A DNA stretch of 64,000 nt from a phage: sequence record PZ445488.1, one strand, 5' to 3'. The notes below the pieces were generated by a model that saw nothing but the letters and a program-made list of their open reading frames with translations, was not told where the DNA came from and searched no databases. The position numbers and the translations under genes are program-made. The stretch's first letter is position 1. Every line of letters starts with the position of its first letter. This document shows, piece after piece, positions 56,195-64,000 of this stretch.

Positions 56195-57144
56195 TATAAC
56201 ACCTCAATGGCATTTCGTAAACCATCCGCTTTTGCATTCAGAGCTTTTAATGATTTAGTTTGTTCTGCAATCTGGGCTTCGACTTCTTTCAGACGTGATT
56301 TGAGGTATTCACGTTCTTCGCTCAGGTTATCAACCTTTTCTGCTTTAGGTTCTTTAATAGGCTTAGACTTAAACACATTAGGATTCTTCAGCTTAATTCG
56401 GGTGCGAGAACTATATAACATTGAACCGTTATCTTCGGATTCGTCGAACGTTTCAACAACATCCATAGTCTCTAACAATGTAATAAGTTTATAAGACAAT
56501 GAACGAACGGTTTTGTTATGCTTATTAATTTCTTCAGCTTTCATGGTACCGAGATTACGTGAGTAGTAATAAGGAACCTGGATATCAATTGATAATGATG
56601 CGTTACCATTACCGGTTGGTTTGAATACTGCAGTAACCCAATCTTTAACATGAACTTTATTTGTACGGCCATCACCGCCAGTGAATAATTTACGAGAATG
56701 TTTAAAAAGCATATTCACTTGGTTATTGAATTCACAAGCAAATTTATCAGCAAATTTAGTTTCAGGAATGGTAGATAACCAATCAGCCAAATGAGTCTTT
56801 TTAACATCATTAACAATAGTGAATTCAACCAAATCGGTTTTAGATGTCACAGATTTAATAAAGCTCGGCTTCATAAAGTTTTTAATGTTATCGCGAGCTA
56901 CAGTAGAAGATAATAAACGAGAACGTTTGAACCATTGAAGCAGTGTCCCTAATGAATGAGAATACGCATTCTGAGTATCTTTACAGATATGATTTTCTTG
57001 ACCTGTGTATGTACCAAAATCGCGAAGAATACCACTTACTACATCTCGGTGTGGAACATCAAATCCTAGTGCACCAACAGCGCGCTTGGCATGAACGTTA
57101 GCGATAAGACCGGCAAAGTATTCAATGTAATGTGAACGTGTCAT
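56194..57144 (-). CDS. hypothetical protein with C-terminal coiled coil (316 aa)
   Basis: Heptad-like C-terminus LSEEREYLKSRLKEVEAQIAEQTKSLKALNAK; own hairpin-in-spacer promoter. Confidence 0.45.
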   Translation of the reverse strand: MTRSHYIEYFAGLIANVHAKRAVGALGFDVPHRDVVSGILRDFGTYTGQENHICKDTQNAYSHSLGTLLQWFKRSRLLSSTVARDNIKNFMKPSFIKSVTSKTDLVEFTIVNDVKKTHLADWLSTIPETKFADKFACEFNNQVNMLFKHSRKLFTGGDGRTNKVHVKDWVTAVFKPTGNGNASLSIDIQVPYYYSRNLGTMKAEEINKHNKTVRSLSYKLITLLETMDVVETFDESEDNGSMLYSSRTRIKLKNPNVFKSKPIKEPKAEKVDNLSEEREYLKSRLKEVEAQIAEQTKSLKALNAKADGLRNAIEVL

Positions 57145-57173
57145 AATATTTTCCTCTCGTTAAGATAGATTCA

Positions 57174-57203
57174 TTATACTCCAACCATCCTTGGTTGTAA
57201 ACC
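57174..57203 (-). promoter_or_regulatory. early promoter, hairpin-in-spacer type
   Basis: attatactccaaccatccttggttgtaaac, exact copy of 16229-16259. Confidence 0.55.
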
Positions 57204-57206
57204 GTT

Positions 57207-58166
57207 TTATGATTTTAATGCATTCATTGCATTAAAAAGTTTAGAATACTGCAACTGGAGATTCGTTACAACACTTTGAGCATCACGAAGCTTAGCTTGT
57301 GCTTTGTCAAGTTCAACGGACAGTTGGTCCATAGTGGCCTTGATTTGATTGTAATGGTAATCTTCGACCGGAAGAAGGTCATTAGAAACATTTAGTTTTA
57401 CTGCAGACAGTTTGCACACATTTGGCAAACCTTTAAACATTGATTTACCCGAAGTAGAATATGAACCTAGAACTTCAGCATTACCAATTGGGGTTGCAGT
57501 AATTGACGCTTCAAATGTTGCATTTTCCTTTTTAAGATTTTGATAGTATTCAGAGTCTTTGTGCCACCATGGCGCAGGAACCTTTTTACCAATAGATACA
57601 CGAGCCTGGATAGCGATATGGCCCTTATTCTTGATAGGGTCGATAATATTAAGCTCACGAGAATAAATTGCTTTAATCTGGTGGATATTATCACCTAAAA
57701 CTTCCAACGCTTGGTGGAATACACGAGCAACGTTATCATTCTTAGGTTTATACGTAAGAGTGAACTCGTTCTCACTGATAACCATGATTTCCAACTTATC
57801 GTAAGTATATTTCAAATGTTTCATGTTAATTGCTTGAGGACGAATACGAGAAGCAATGGCCATCAGATTGTTAAGGTTATTCCGGAACTGCTTAGCGAAA
57901 TATTGTCCTTCACCGCCAATACAAAAATTACGAAGTTTCTGTTTGGCTAATAAACGGCTGAACTCACCATTTTTAATGAACTCTTTAACGGGCGTGTTAG
58001 TAACACATTCAAATTGAGTAAACATACGAGAAGTAATCCCATAATACGAACAGACTTCCTCAATCTCTTCAGGAGTTTTTACAGGCATACGGATAGGATT
58101 AGGTCCTGGAGTATATGCGTTCGAGGTAAATTCTTTGATAAGTTCTCTACGTGTAATAAAAGCCAT
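57207..58166 (-). CDS. hypothetical protein with C-terminal coiled coil (319 aa)
   Basis: C-terminal MDQLSVELDKAQAKLRDAQSVVTNLQLQYSKL; own hairpin-in-spacer promoter. Confidence 0.45.
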   Translation of the reverse strand: MAFITRRELIKEFTSNAYTPGPNPIRMPVKTPEEIEEVCSYYGITSRMFTQFECVTNTPVKEFIKNGEFSRLLAKQKLRNFCIGGEGQYFAKQFRNNLNNLMAIASRIRPQAINMKHLKYTYDKLEIMVISENEFTLTYKPKNDNVARVFHQALEVLGDNIHQIKAIYSRELNIIDPIKNKGHIAIQARVSIGKKVPAPWWHKDSEYYQNLKKENATFEASITATPIGNAEVLGSYSTSGKSMFKGLPNVCKLSAVKLNVSNDLLPVEDYHYNQIKATMDQLSVELDKAQAKLRDAQSVVTNLQLQYSKLFNAMNALKS

Positions 58167-58192
58167 TTTATATTCCTCATGTTGAAAAATTT

Positions 58193-58223
58193 ATTATACT
58201 CCAACCATCCTTGGTTGTACATC
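58193..58223 (-). promoter_or_regulatory. early promoter, hairpin-in-spacer type (variant -35)
   Basis: attatactccaaccatccttggttgtacatc. Confidence 0.5.
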
Positions 58224-59217
58224 ATTCCTTAAGAAGTTTTACTACTTGAATAAGATTAGCTCGTTCTGTTTTATTTTTACCATTTAAGCCTGCTAATCGT
58301 GAGATTTCATCGTCAGTCTGTTGAATAGTTACATTAAGTTCGTTAATCAAAGCTTCAAAGTATTTGATTTGCTCAGCATGTTTTGATTCAAATTTCTGAA
58401 CCGGAATAACGTCTTGGTTCAGTTCATCAATAAGGTCTTTAAGAGCATCTTCTTGGTTGATATCATATTCAACTTCTTTTATTTCTTCAACGAGCTCGTC
58501 TTTATATCTAACGTCTTTTAGTCCTGGAGCTGGTCCTGAAATCTCTTCTTTAAGAGTACAAACATACCCAATACGGTATCCAATGCCGTCTCGCTTGATA
58601 TCAACTTCGTCGATAAATCCACAATGTTTAAGACCAGAGCCGATTATGTCAAAATATCCTTGACGTCGTCCTTCAAACGTTACACGAACTACTAAGACAG
58701 TTTTACCACCAACCTTTTGAAGCTCACATTTATAAAAGTCTGTTGAACCTGAATAACGTGGATGAGTTTTAAAGTTCATCTGACGATCTAGGCCCATTTG
58801 TAAACGTGCTGTTACGGCCATAAAACGTGTTTGGTTCTCGTTAAGATGAGCAACAATCCATTTCAAAGGCATTTTACACTGTTCACGACCGAACAAATCA
58901 GTACGTCCTAGATTACGCAGGATATTGTTAGAGTTAATCATCGACAGAACGTTAAGTTTATTCAGCGCGCTGAAGATTCCATCAGCCATTGATTTTCCAT
59001 AACCTTTACACGCTTTAATAAGTGCTCGCGGCAGATTAGTATAGATTTCAGACGGCATATGAAAATCAAATTTACTAGTCAGTAATTGATGAACTTGGAT
59101 AGCAATTTGCTCATAATTAAGTGCTCTGCGATCGTTATGGTCTTTAAACCACACTTTAATCTGTGAAGCACATAAACCGTTAATTTCATGTTTTACCGCA
59201 TCAGATGTAATACTCAT
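58222..59217 (-). CDS. hypothetical protein with C-terminal coiled coil (331 aa)
   Basis: C-terminal EQIKYFEALINELNVTIQQTDDEISRLAG. Confidence 0.45.
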   Translation of the reverse strand: MSITSDAVKHEINGLCASQIKVWFKDHNDRRALNYEQIAIQVHQLLTSKFDFHMPSEIYTNLPRALIKACKGYGKSMADGIFSALNKLNVLSMINSNNILRNLGRTDLFGREQCKMPLKWIVAHLNENQTRFMAVTARLQMGLDRQMNFKTHPRYSGSTDFYKCELQKVGGKTVLVVRVTFEGRRQGYFDIIGSGLKHCGFIDEVDIKRDGIGYRIGYVCTLKEEISGPAPGLKDVRYKDELVEEIKEVEYDINQEDALKDLIDELNQDVIPVQKFESKHAEQIKYFEALINELNVTIQQTDDEISRLAGLNGKNKTERANLIQVVKLLKE

Positions 59218-59279
59218 AACTATTTCCTCAGATTGAATTGGAACTCAAAACCATTATAACCCGTCCTTGGGTAAAGCGT

Positions 59280-59807
59280 TTATGCGTGAACCGTCTTTAA
59301 ACGTTCTTCAAATTTCCGAAGAGTACTAATACGTTCTGCTTTCTGTTTTGTATAGTTTGCAATACGTTCTGAAGTGAGAGCGTATCGTTCGTTTACTGTT
59401 TCTTTCATGAAGTCAGGGATTTCACGAGAAGCTTTAATTTCATCAAACTTGTCGAGTACTGCCTGGTCTTCAGCGATTAAATTTTCATACATCTCGATAT
59501 CTTTCTTGATAAACTCGATATCTTCCTGAGTTACTTTGGATAAACGAGATGCTTTATCCTTTTTGTACTGCTCGTTAGTTTCACGAGACCAGAATAATGT
59601 ACGTTTTTTGTTAGTGTTTTTGTAGACTTCCACAATTCCAACTGAATCGATGATAACAATCCAATTCCAGCGAGATTTGAAAATCTGACCTCCATCCACG
59701 GTAATCTCGTTACCATAAGCAACGTCATTAAAGAACTTGCTCTGTGCTTCAGATTTAAATTTACCGTCGTTATAATTTACCAGGTTGAAAATATCTTTAG
59801 CGTTCAT
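59280..59807 (-). CDS. hypothetical protein (175 aa)
   Basis: Track ORF with PeSL-like promoter. Confidence 0.45.
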   Translation of the reverse strand: MNAKDIFNLVNYNDGKFKSEAQSKFFNDVAYGNEITVDGGQIFKSRWNWIVIIDSVGIVEVYKNTNKKRTLFWSRETNEQYKKDKASRLSKVTQEDIEFIKKDIEMYENLIAEDQAVLDKFDEIKASREIPDFMKETVNERYALTSERIANYTKQKAERISTLRKFEERLKTVHA

Positions 59808-59825
59808 GTTTTACCTCCAGTAGTT

Positions 59826-59863
59826 GATAGGTCTATAATAACATAACCATAGACCTTGTAAAC
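59826..59863 (-). promoter_or_regulatory. early promoter with embedded stem-loop (PeSL-like)
   Basis: gataggtctataataacataaccatagaccttgtaaac. Confidence 0.55.
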
Positions 59864-59865
59864 AA

Positions 59866-60153
59866 CTAAAAGAAACTTTTTTCGGTATTTTTTCCACTGA
59901 ACCAAACAGACTTCGGGATTTTTTGTAATTTTTCAGATTTAAGTTTCTCTTCCTGTTCTTTCTTATATACACTCTTGTCGTACTGGAGCATCTCTATGGC
60001 ATTCTTTTGCAAATGATCTAAGGTAATTAAGGCTTTAGTTTTTCCTTTCAAGGAAGAGTCCTGGCGAACTTCCTCGCTATATTGCATCGTAGAACTAACC
60101 ATACGATGTGCATAGAGTTCGACTGCGGCTTTAATTTTTTGCATAAAATCCAT
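59866..60153 (-). CDS. hypothetical protein (95 aa)
   Basis: Track ORF, operon strand. Confidence 0.4.
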   Translation of the reverse strand: MDFMQKIKAAVELYAHRMVSSTMQYSEEVRQDSSLKGKTKALITLDHLQKNAIEMLQYDKSVYKKEQEEKLKSEKLQKIPKSVWFSGKNTEKSFF

Positions 60154-60290
60154 AACATATCCTCTTTGATTTGTACATCATTATTTTAAATATTTCTATG
60201 CCCTCAGTAGGTTCCTGGTGTCCTTCTTTGAGGTAAGCCATATGATTATTCATCTTTATGGCTTTTGTTACCTCAGGACTTCCTGTAAGC

Positions 60291-61292
60291 TTATTTCAGT
60301 AAAGTTACTTCAGAGATTTCCTCCCAACCATCTTTATCAGTTGAAATAAAATCTGCTACATAAAGAGCCGTACGTAATGATACATTGCGAAGACGAGATA
60401 CGTTAGCCTTCATCCAGGACAATGCTTTGTACGTTTCAGCATCAGTCAAGCCACGTTTCTGCATCATGTCAGTAGATAATATTACATCTTCAACTCGAAC
60501 CATAATCTCTTCATTAGAGTGTACTCCAAGGTCCAAATACACTGAACGAGATACTAAAGCTTGAAGGTGTGGAGCAAGTTTCGAACCGCGTTCTAACTCT
60601 TTATCAATATCAACGTTTGTAATGAAAACGATAGTACCTTCAAACTCAAATTCTTTATCGATACCCTTATCCTCGAGATAAGATGACGCAGTGCTCCAAC
60701 AAACTTTGCGTTTATCTCCGGTATCTAATGCTGCTTTAAGAAGGTTCAGGATGTCCATATCTGAGAATACGTCAACGTCATCGATTAAGAGAACGCTGTC
60801 TTCATCACGGTTGAGCCAAAGTTGTTCGTAAAGGCCAATACCGGAGATTTTACCATTAATGCTTTTGTATTTGATGAAACCATTATCATTAGCATTATTA
60901 AGTGCTTTATCCAGAGAATACGTCTTACCAATACCAGCTGCACCTGAAATAATGAGTGAACGAATTTTGCCATCAATAATGCCATTCGTCATCATGTTCA
61001 TTACTTTAAAGCGTTTGTTGATACGAGTTTTCATATCTTCAGTGCTTTCAACAACTGCAACTGGTGACGTCTCAACTCCTTCCATTACGATGTCTGATTT
61101 GAAGACCCATACTCCACGTTCAGAACCATCAATCATAACGAAAATTTTACCGTCACCTAAGTGGGAACATTCAGGATTAAGCTTTGCCGGGAACCATGTC
61201 TTTGTGGCAACATAAGAACCAGAGATTTCGTTATTACGATAGATACCTTTTTTGATTTGAACGTTGAACATTTTATTCTCCAATTTACTCAT
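60291..61292 (-). CDS. P-loop NTPase (AAA-like) of unknown function (333 aa)
   Basis: Walker A SGAAGIGKTY and Walker B VLLIDDVD after a roughly 110-aa N-terminal domain. Confidence 0.5.
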   Translation of the reverse strand: MSKLENKMFNVQIKKGIYRNNEISGSYVATKTWFPAKLNPECSHLGDGKIFVMIDGSERGVWVFKSDIVMEGVETSPVAVVESTEDMKTRINKRFKVMNMMTNGIIDGKIRSLIISGAAGIGKTYSLDKALNNANDNGFIKYKSINGKISGIGLYEQLWLNRDEDSVLLIDDVDVFSDMDILNLLKAALDTGDKRKVCWSTASSYLEDKGIDKEFEFEGTIVFITNVDIDKELERGSKLAPHLQALVSRSVYLDLGVHSNEEIMVRVEDVILSTDMMQKRGLTDAETYKALSWMKANVSRLRNVSLRTALYVADFISTDKDGWEEISEVTLLK

Positions 61293-61300
61293 TTCGTTTC

Positions 61301-61338
61301 GATAGGTCTATAGTATCATATCCTAAAAGCATGTACAC
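61301..61338 (-). promoter_or_regulatory. early promoter with embedded stem-loop (PeSL-like)
   Basis: gataggtctatagtatcatatcctaaaagcatgtacac. Confidence 0.45.
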
Positions 61339-61344
61339 TACTTT

Positions 61345-61385
61345 TTAAAAATATTTTAACCCCCTAAGGGGACCCGAAGGTCCCC
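61345..61385 (-). terminator. stem-loop terminator
   Basis: ggggacc-cgaa-ggtcccc hairpin right after the stop of the 88-aa gene, followed by a U-rich stretch. Confidence 0.45.
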
Positions 61386-61389
61386 ACAT

Positions 61390-61656
61390 TTACTTATCAC
61401 ACTTAGCAACATAATTAGGCATATCACAGAATACAGAGCGAGTAACTACTCGTCCCTTTGACCATGCTTCAGTTGCTTGTCCGGCCGTGCTATTAATATA
61501 GCTTGATTTAATGTTCTCAATACCCTGAGAATGTGATGCATTTACCGAACCGTTAGAAGGCGCAGGAGCCGGTGGTAACCAGTCTCCTGCGCCCGTGGTA
61601 GCACCAACAGAGAATGCCATCATTACTGCGAATAAACCAATTACTAATTTTTTCAT
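61390..61656 (-). CDS. secreted/periplasmic small protein (88 aa)
   Basis: Signal peptide MKKLVIGLFAVMMAFSVGA; TATAAATA late promoter 29 nt upstream. Confidence 0.5.
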   Translation of the reverse strand: MKKLVIGLFAVMMAFSVGATTGAGDWLPPAPAPSNGSVNASHSQGIENIKSSYINSTAGQATEAWSKGRVVTRSVFCDMPNYVAKCDK

Positions 61657-61683
61657 ATTTACCTCAAGTTAATGGTTATTTAT

Positions 61684-62673
61684 CTATTTATAGTAAGAAT
61701 TATGATTTTCGAGATAGACTTGCTCAAGGAAATCATCCCAGAAACTCATATCTACTTTTTGTTGCATACCATTCTTGGCAGCTTGTTCTGACGCATGTTC
61801 AACTTGGTCAACGATATCTTCTAGGAATTCTTGTACAGTTTTAAACGTATGTTTACCAAGCTTAACATCGAGAATAAATGGAGCATCTTGAAGTGGGTAA
61901 ACCAGGTCGCCGGTTTTGTAAATTTCCAATAATTGAAGTCCACCACGACATGCATGACTCAATGCTTTCCAGTCAATACCTTCGTTAGCTTCTGCCTTAC
62001 GAGCACGTTCACCATAGTTCTCTTCCAGTTTAACCAGGATGGCATTGAACTCTTTATTGGTTAACGTGTCTTGGAATTTACGGTCTAACAGATTATAGAA
62101 TGTTTGCTTACCTGTTTTCTCGTTTTCGGTTTCAACCCACGAAGCAAATTCACCTACAGGCAGAACATTCTTCATATGTGATAAACGAATTACTGCACCA
62201 TTATCAAAGTATTGTCCCCATTCATTAGAACGTTTAAGGGCTTGACGAAGAACAGCCAGTCGAGAACCCTTGACACCGTATTTAGAAGCTTGCTTACGGA
62301 CATACCCTAAATAAGATTTCATGTTAGTGGTATAGAAACGAGACCTGTTATCTTGAATATACTTCCATACATCAGGCAAATCAGATTTAACTACTAGACT
62401 TGGTGGAGTGTGAAGCATATCTAATGCGACGGTTTCACCATCCGCAGCTAGTTTAAAGAAATATTTGAGACTATACAACTCATGGTCTACGTCGTCTTTT
62501 GTGTTCTTAGAAGATGTGTTATTCGTGTTCTTGCTCATGTGTTCTTTAACGTTACCGGTCAAGATATCACGAGCATGAGGGACATAAATTTCTTTAAAAT
62601 CGACGTCAGATTCAGGAGTAGACGTTCCATAAAGGTGGCTACCAAAGTAGCTTTTCATAATTGTTTTCATCAT
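61684..62673 (-). CDS. Pol-beta-type nucleotidyltransferase-fold protein (329 aa)
   Basis: N-terminal FGSHLYGTSTPESDVDF = G-S-x9-D-x-D minimal NTase signature. Confidence 0.5.
   Translation of the reverse strand: MMKTIMKSYFGSHLYGTSTPESDVDFKEIYVPHARDILTGNVKEHMSKNTNNTSSKNTKDDVDHELYSLKYFFKLAADGETVALDMLHTPPSLVVKSDLPDVWKYIQDNRSRFYTTNMKSYLGYVRKQASKYGVKGSRLAVLRQALKRSNEWGQYFDNGAVIRLSHMKNVLPVGEFASWVETENEKTGKQTFYNLLDRKFQDTLTNKEFNAILVKLEENYGERARKAEANEGIDWKALSHACRGGLQLLEIYKTGDLVYPLQDAPFILDVKLGKHTFKTVQEFLEDIVDQVEHASEQAAKNGMQQKVDMSFWDDFLEQVYLENHNSYYK
61685..61692 (-). promoter_or_regulatory. T4-type late promoter TATAAATA
   Basis: Plus tatttata = minus TATAAATA; overlaps the stop codon of the upstream gene. 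Confidence 0.55.
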
Positions 62674-63143
62674 TTAGCCTTATATTCAAGAGTAGGACAG
62701 ACTTTTTCTTTACGAGCTTTAAGGTATTCACCTATTAATGATTTCTTACGTTCAATAGGCTCAAGTCCATTTTTAATTCGTTCTTGGTTTTGCGCAATGA
62801 GCTCAATTTCTTTATAATATTTTCTGTCGTTATATTTGTCTAACAACCAAGACGGACCAATTACCAACCCGGTAGCAATAAAAGCCATGACTGCTACAAT
62901 TAAAATGCCTACACCAATTGAGGCTGGAACTAATGTCCATAGACTGCTAAAAACAAAGAATTTAGTTAAAATTTCCTGGCCAATGATTGTGACTGCTGCT
63001 AAAATCGCAAATCCAATAATTGAAACAGCCAATACCGGGATTAACGTTTTCCAAAAATAAGCACATAATGTTTTCGGACGATTCCACGTACTATTGAACG
63101 CGGCATAAATTTTAAAGTGCCAAGAGTTTTCATTGATAATCAT
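62670..63143 (-). CDS. membrane protein (157 aa)
   Basis: Several hydrophobic helices (LIPVLAVSIIGFAILAAVTII; LVPASIGVGILIVAVMAFIATGLVI). Confidence 0.45.
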   Translation of the reverse strand: MIINENSWHFKIYAAFNSTWNRPKTLCAYFWKTLIPVLAVSIIGFAILAAVTIIGQEILTKFFVFSSLWTLVPASIGVGILIVAVMAFIATGLVIGPSWLLDKYNDRKYYKEIELIAQNQERIKNGLEPIERKKSLIGEYLKARKEKVCPTLEYKAK

Positions 63144-63152
63144 AATAATTCC

Positions 63153-63695
63153 TTATTTCAAAGTCGGGATAATAGAATCGAGATAAGCTTTAAGAGCAAC
63201 TGCTTCATCTTTGTCTAATGTAACGATATGTTGACGAAGGTCATCAATTTGGCGAATAACTACGACATCACCGTCTTCATAAGAAGGATTAACGCCTAGG
63301 ACCGTTGTATAGTCAGGGCGGTCCTGATTTGTAATAAAAGCATTACGGCATTTAGCCCATTGAAGTTTGGCTTTTTTGACTGTTTCAGATTCCATGAATT
63401 CTTTCACCTTAGTGACAAATGTTTTCCAATTATTAATAGAAAAACATTTGTCTTCAGTTTCGATATTAACCCCACTATAAAGTCCGTGATAAAAACGAAC
63501 TTGAAGGTCTTCATCAATGTTAATTACAGATGCATGGCCGGGTGGATTGAGTTTCAAAATCTTGTCCAGTTCCATAGGAAGAATAGTAACAGCATCATCT
63601 TCTTGTGTCAGAACGTAAGCATAACCACGTTTTTCGATACATAAATCACCAAACAACTCGGTTGTTTCAATTACAATTTTCATATTATTCACCAA
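63153..63695 (-). CDS. hypothetical protein (about 176-180 aa)
   Basis: Track ORF begins with TTG; the ATG four codons in (63683) is the likelier start. Confidence 0.4.
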   Translation of the reverse strand: MVNNMKIVIETTELFGDLCIEKRGYAYVLTQEDDAVTILPMELDKILKLNPPGHASVINIDEDLQVRFYHGLYSGVNIETEDKCFSINNWKTFVTKVKEFMESETVKKAKLQWAKCRNAFITNQDRPDYTTVLGVNPSYEDGDVVVIRQIDDLRQHIVTLDKDEAVALKAYLDSIIPTLK

Positions 63696-63864
63696 TTAAA
63701 GTTTCAACAAAATTCACCAAAGCATTCTGGCACGCATCAACCTGATTTTCATAAAAGTCTCCGTTATCATTTACCGCGTGATAAGCTACATCATTCAAAT
63801 CTGAATCGGCTTCACGTAGGTCACGGATAAGGCCCATCAATTTATTAGCTTGTTCACGGGTCAT
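63685..63864 (-). CDS. hypothetical small protein (59 aa)
   Basis: Hand-translated MTREQANKLMGLIRDLREADSDLN...; below the track cut-off. Confidence 0.3.
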   Translation of the reverse strand: MTREQANKLMGLIRDLREADSDLNDVAYHAVNDNGDFYENQVDACQNALVNFVETLIGE

Positions 63865-64000
63865 TTTACCATACTCGTTTCAATAAGATTCACTATGCCG
63901 TTTACCATGTTATAAGTAAACATCGGATAATTGTATTGTACTACAACATAAGCGATAAGCAAAAGTTTCATTTTGTTCTCCGTTCATTTTGGTAGGACTA

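Noticed and set aside
1-64000. CRISPR arrays, rRNA genes or integrase/attachment sites
   Set aside because: No regularly spaced direct repeats, rRNA-like sequence or recombinase genes seen. The only repeats are the dispersed promoter/stem-loop cassettes. tRNA genes were not systematically searched, though none was noticed.

Overview
This window is a T4-like (Tevenvirinae-type) phage early/replication region, almost entirely minus-strand and syntenic with T4: motA, 52, ndd, rIIB, rIIA, a fused 39/60 topoisomerase, dexA, dda, srd, modA/modB-like, soc, 56, 61, sp/dmd cluster, 41, 40, uvsX, 42, 43, regA, 62, 44, 45, rpbA, 46, 47, 55, nrdH/G/D, 49 and nrdC. Gene calls rest on protein motifs, length and synteny recalled from T4; no database search was run. 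The main finding is that dCMP hydroxymethylase (42) and dCTPase (56) are present, but nothing recognisable as T4 alpha- or beta-glucosyltransferase occupies their usual positions. Instead, the 43-42-uvsX interval carries a KdsD-like arabinose-5-phosphate isomerase, a HAD-like phosphatase, a fused anomeric sugar kinase / RmlA-like nucleotidyltransferase, and two unassigned proteins beside gene 42. Together with a GT4-like glycosyltransferase next to rIIA, this looks like an NDP-arabinose pathway feeding an arabinosyl-hmC-type DNA hypermodification. Other points of interest are repeated early-promoter/stem-loop cassettes (PeSL-like) flanking accessory genes, a GIY-YIG homing endonuclease overlapping the topoisomerase gene, an srd-like gene interrupted at an A9 run, a superinfection-exclusion-like trio (Sp, membrane protein, lipoprotein), two tandem paralog families, and a Pol-beta-type nucleotidyltransferase-fold protein. 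No rRNA or CRISPR array was seen and no tRNA gene was noticed, though tRNAs were not systematically searched.
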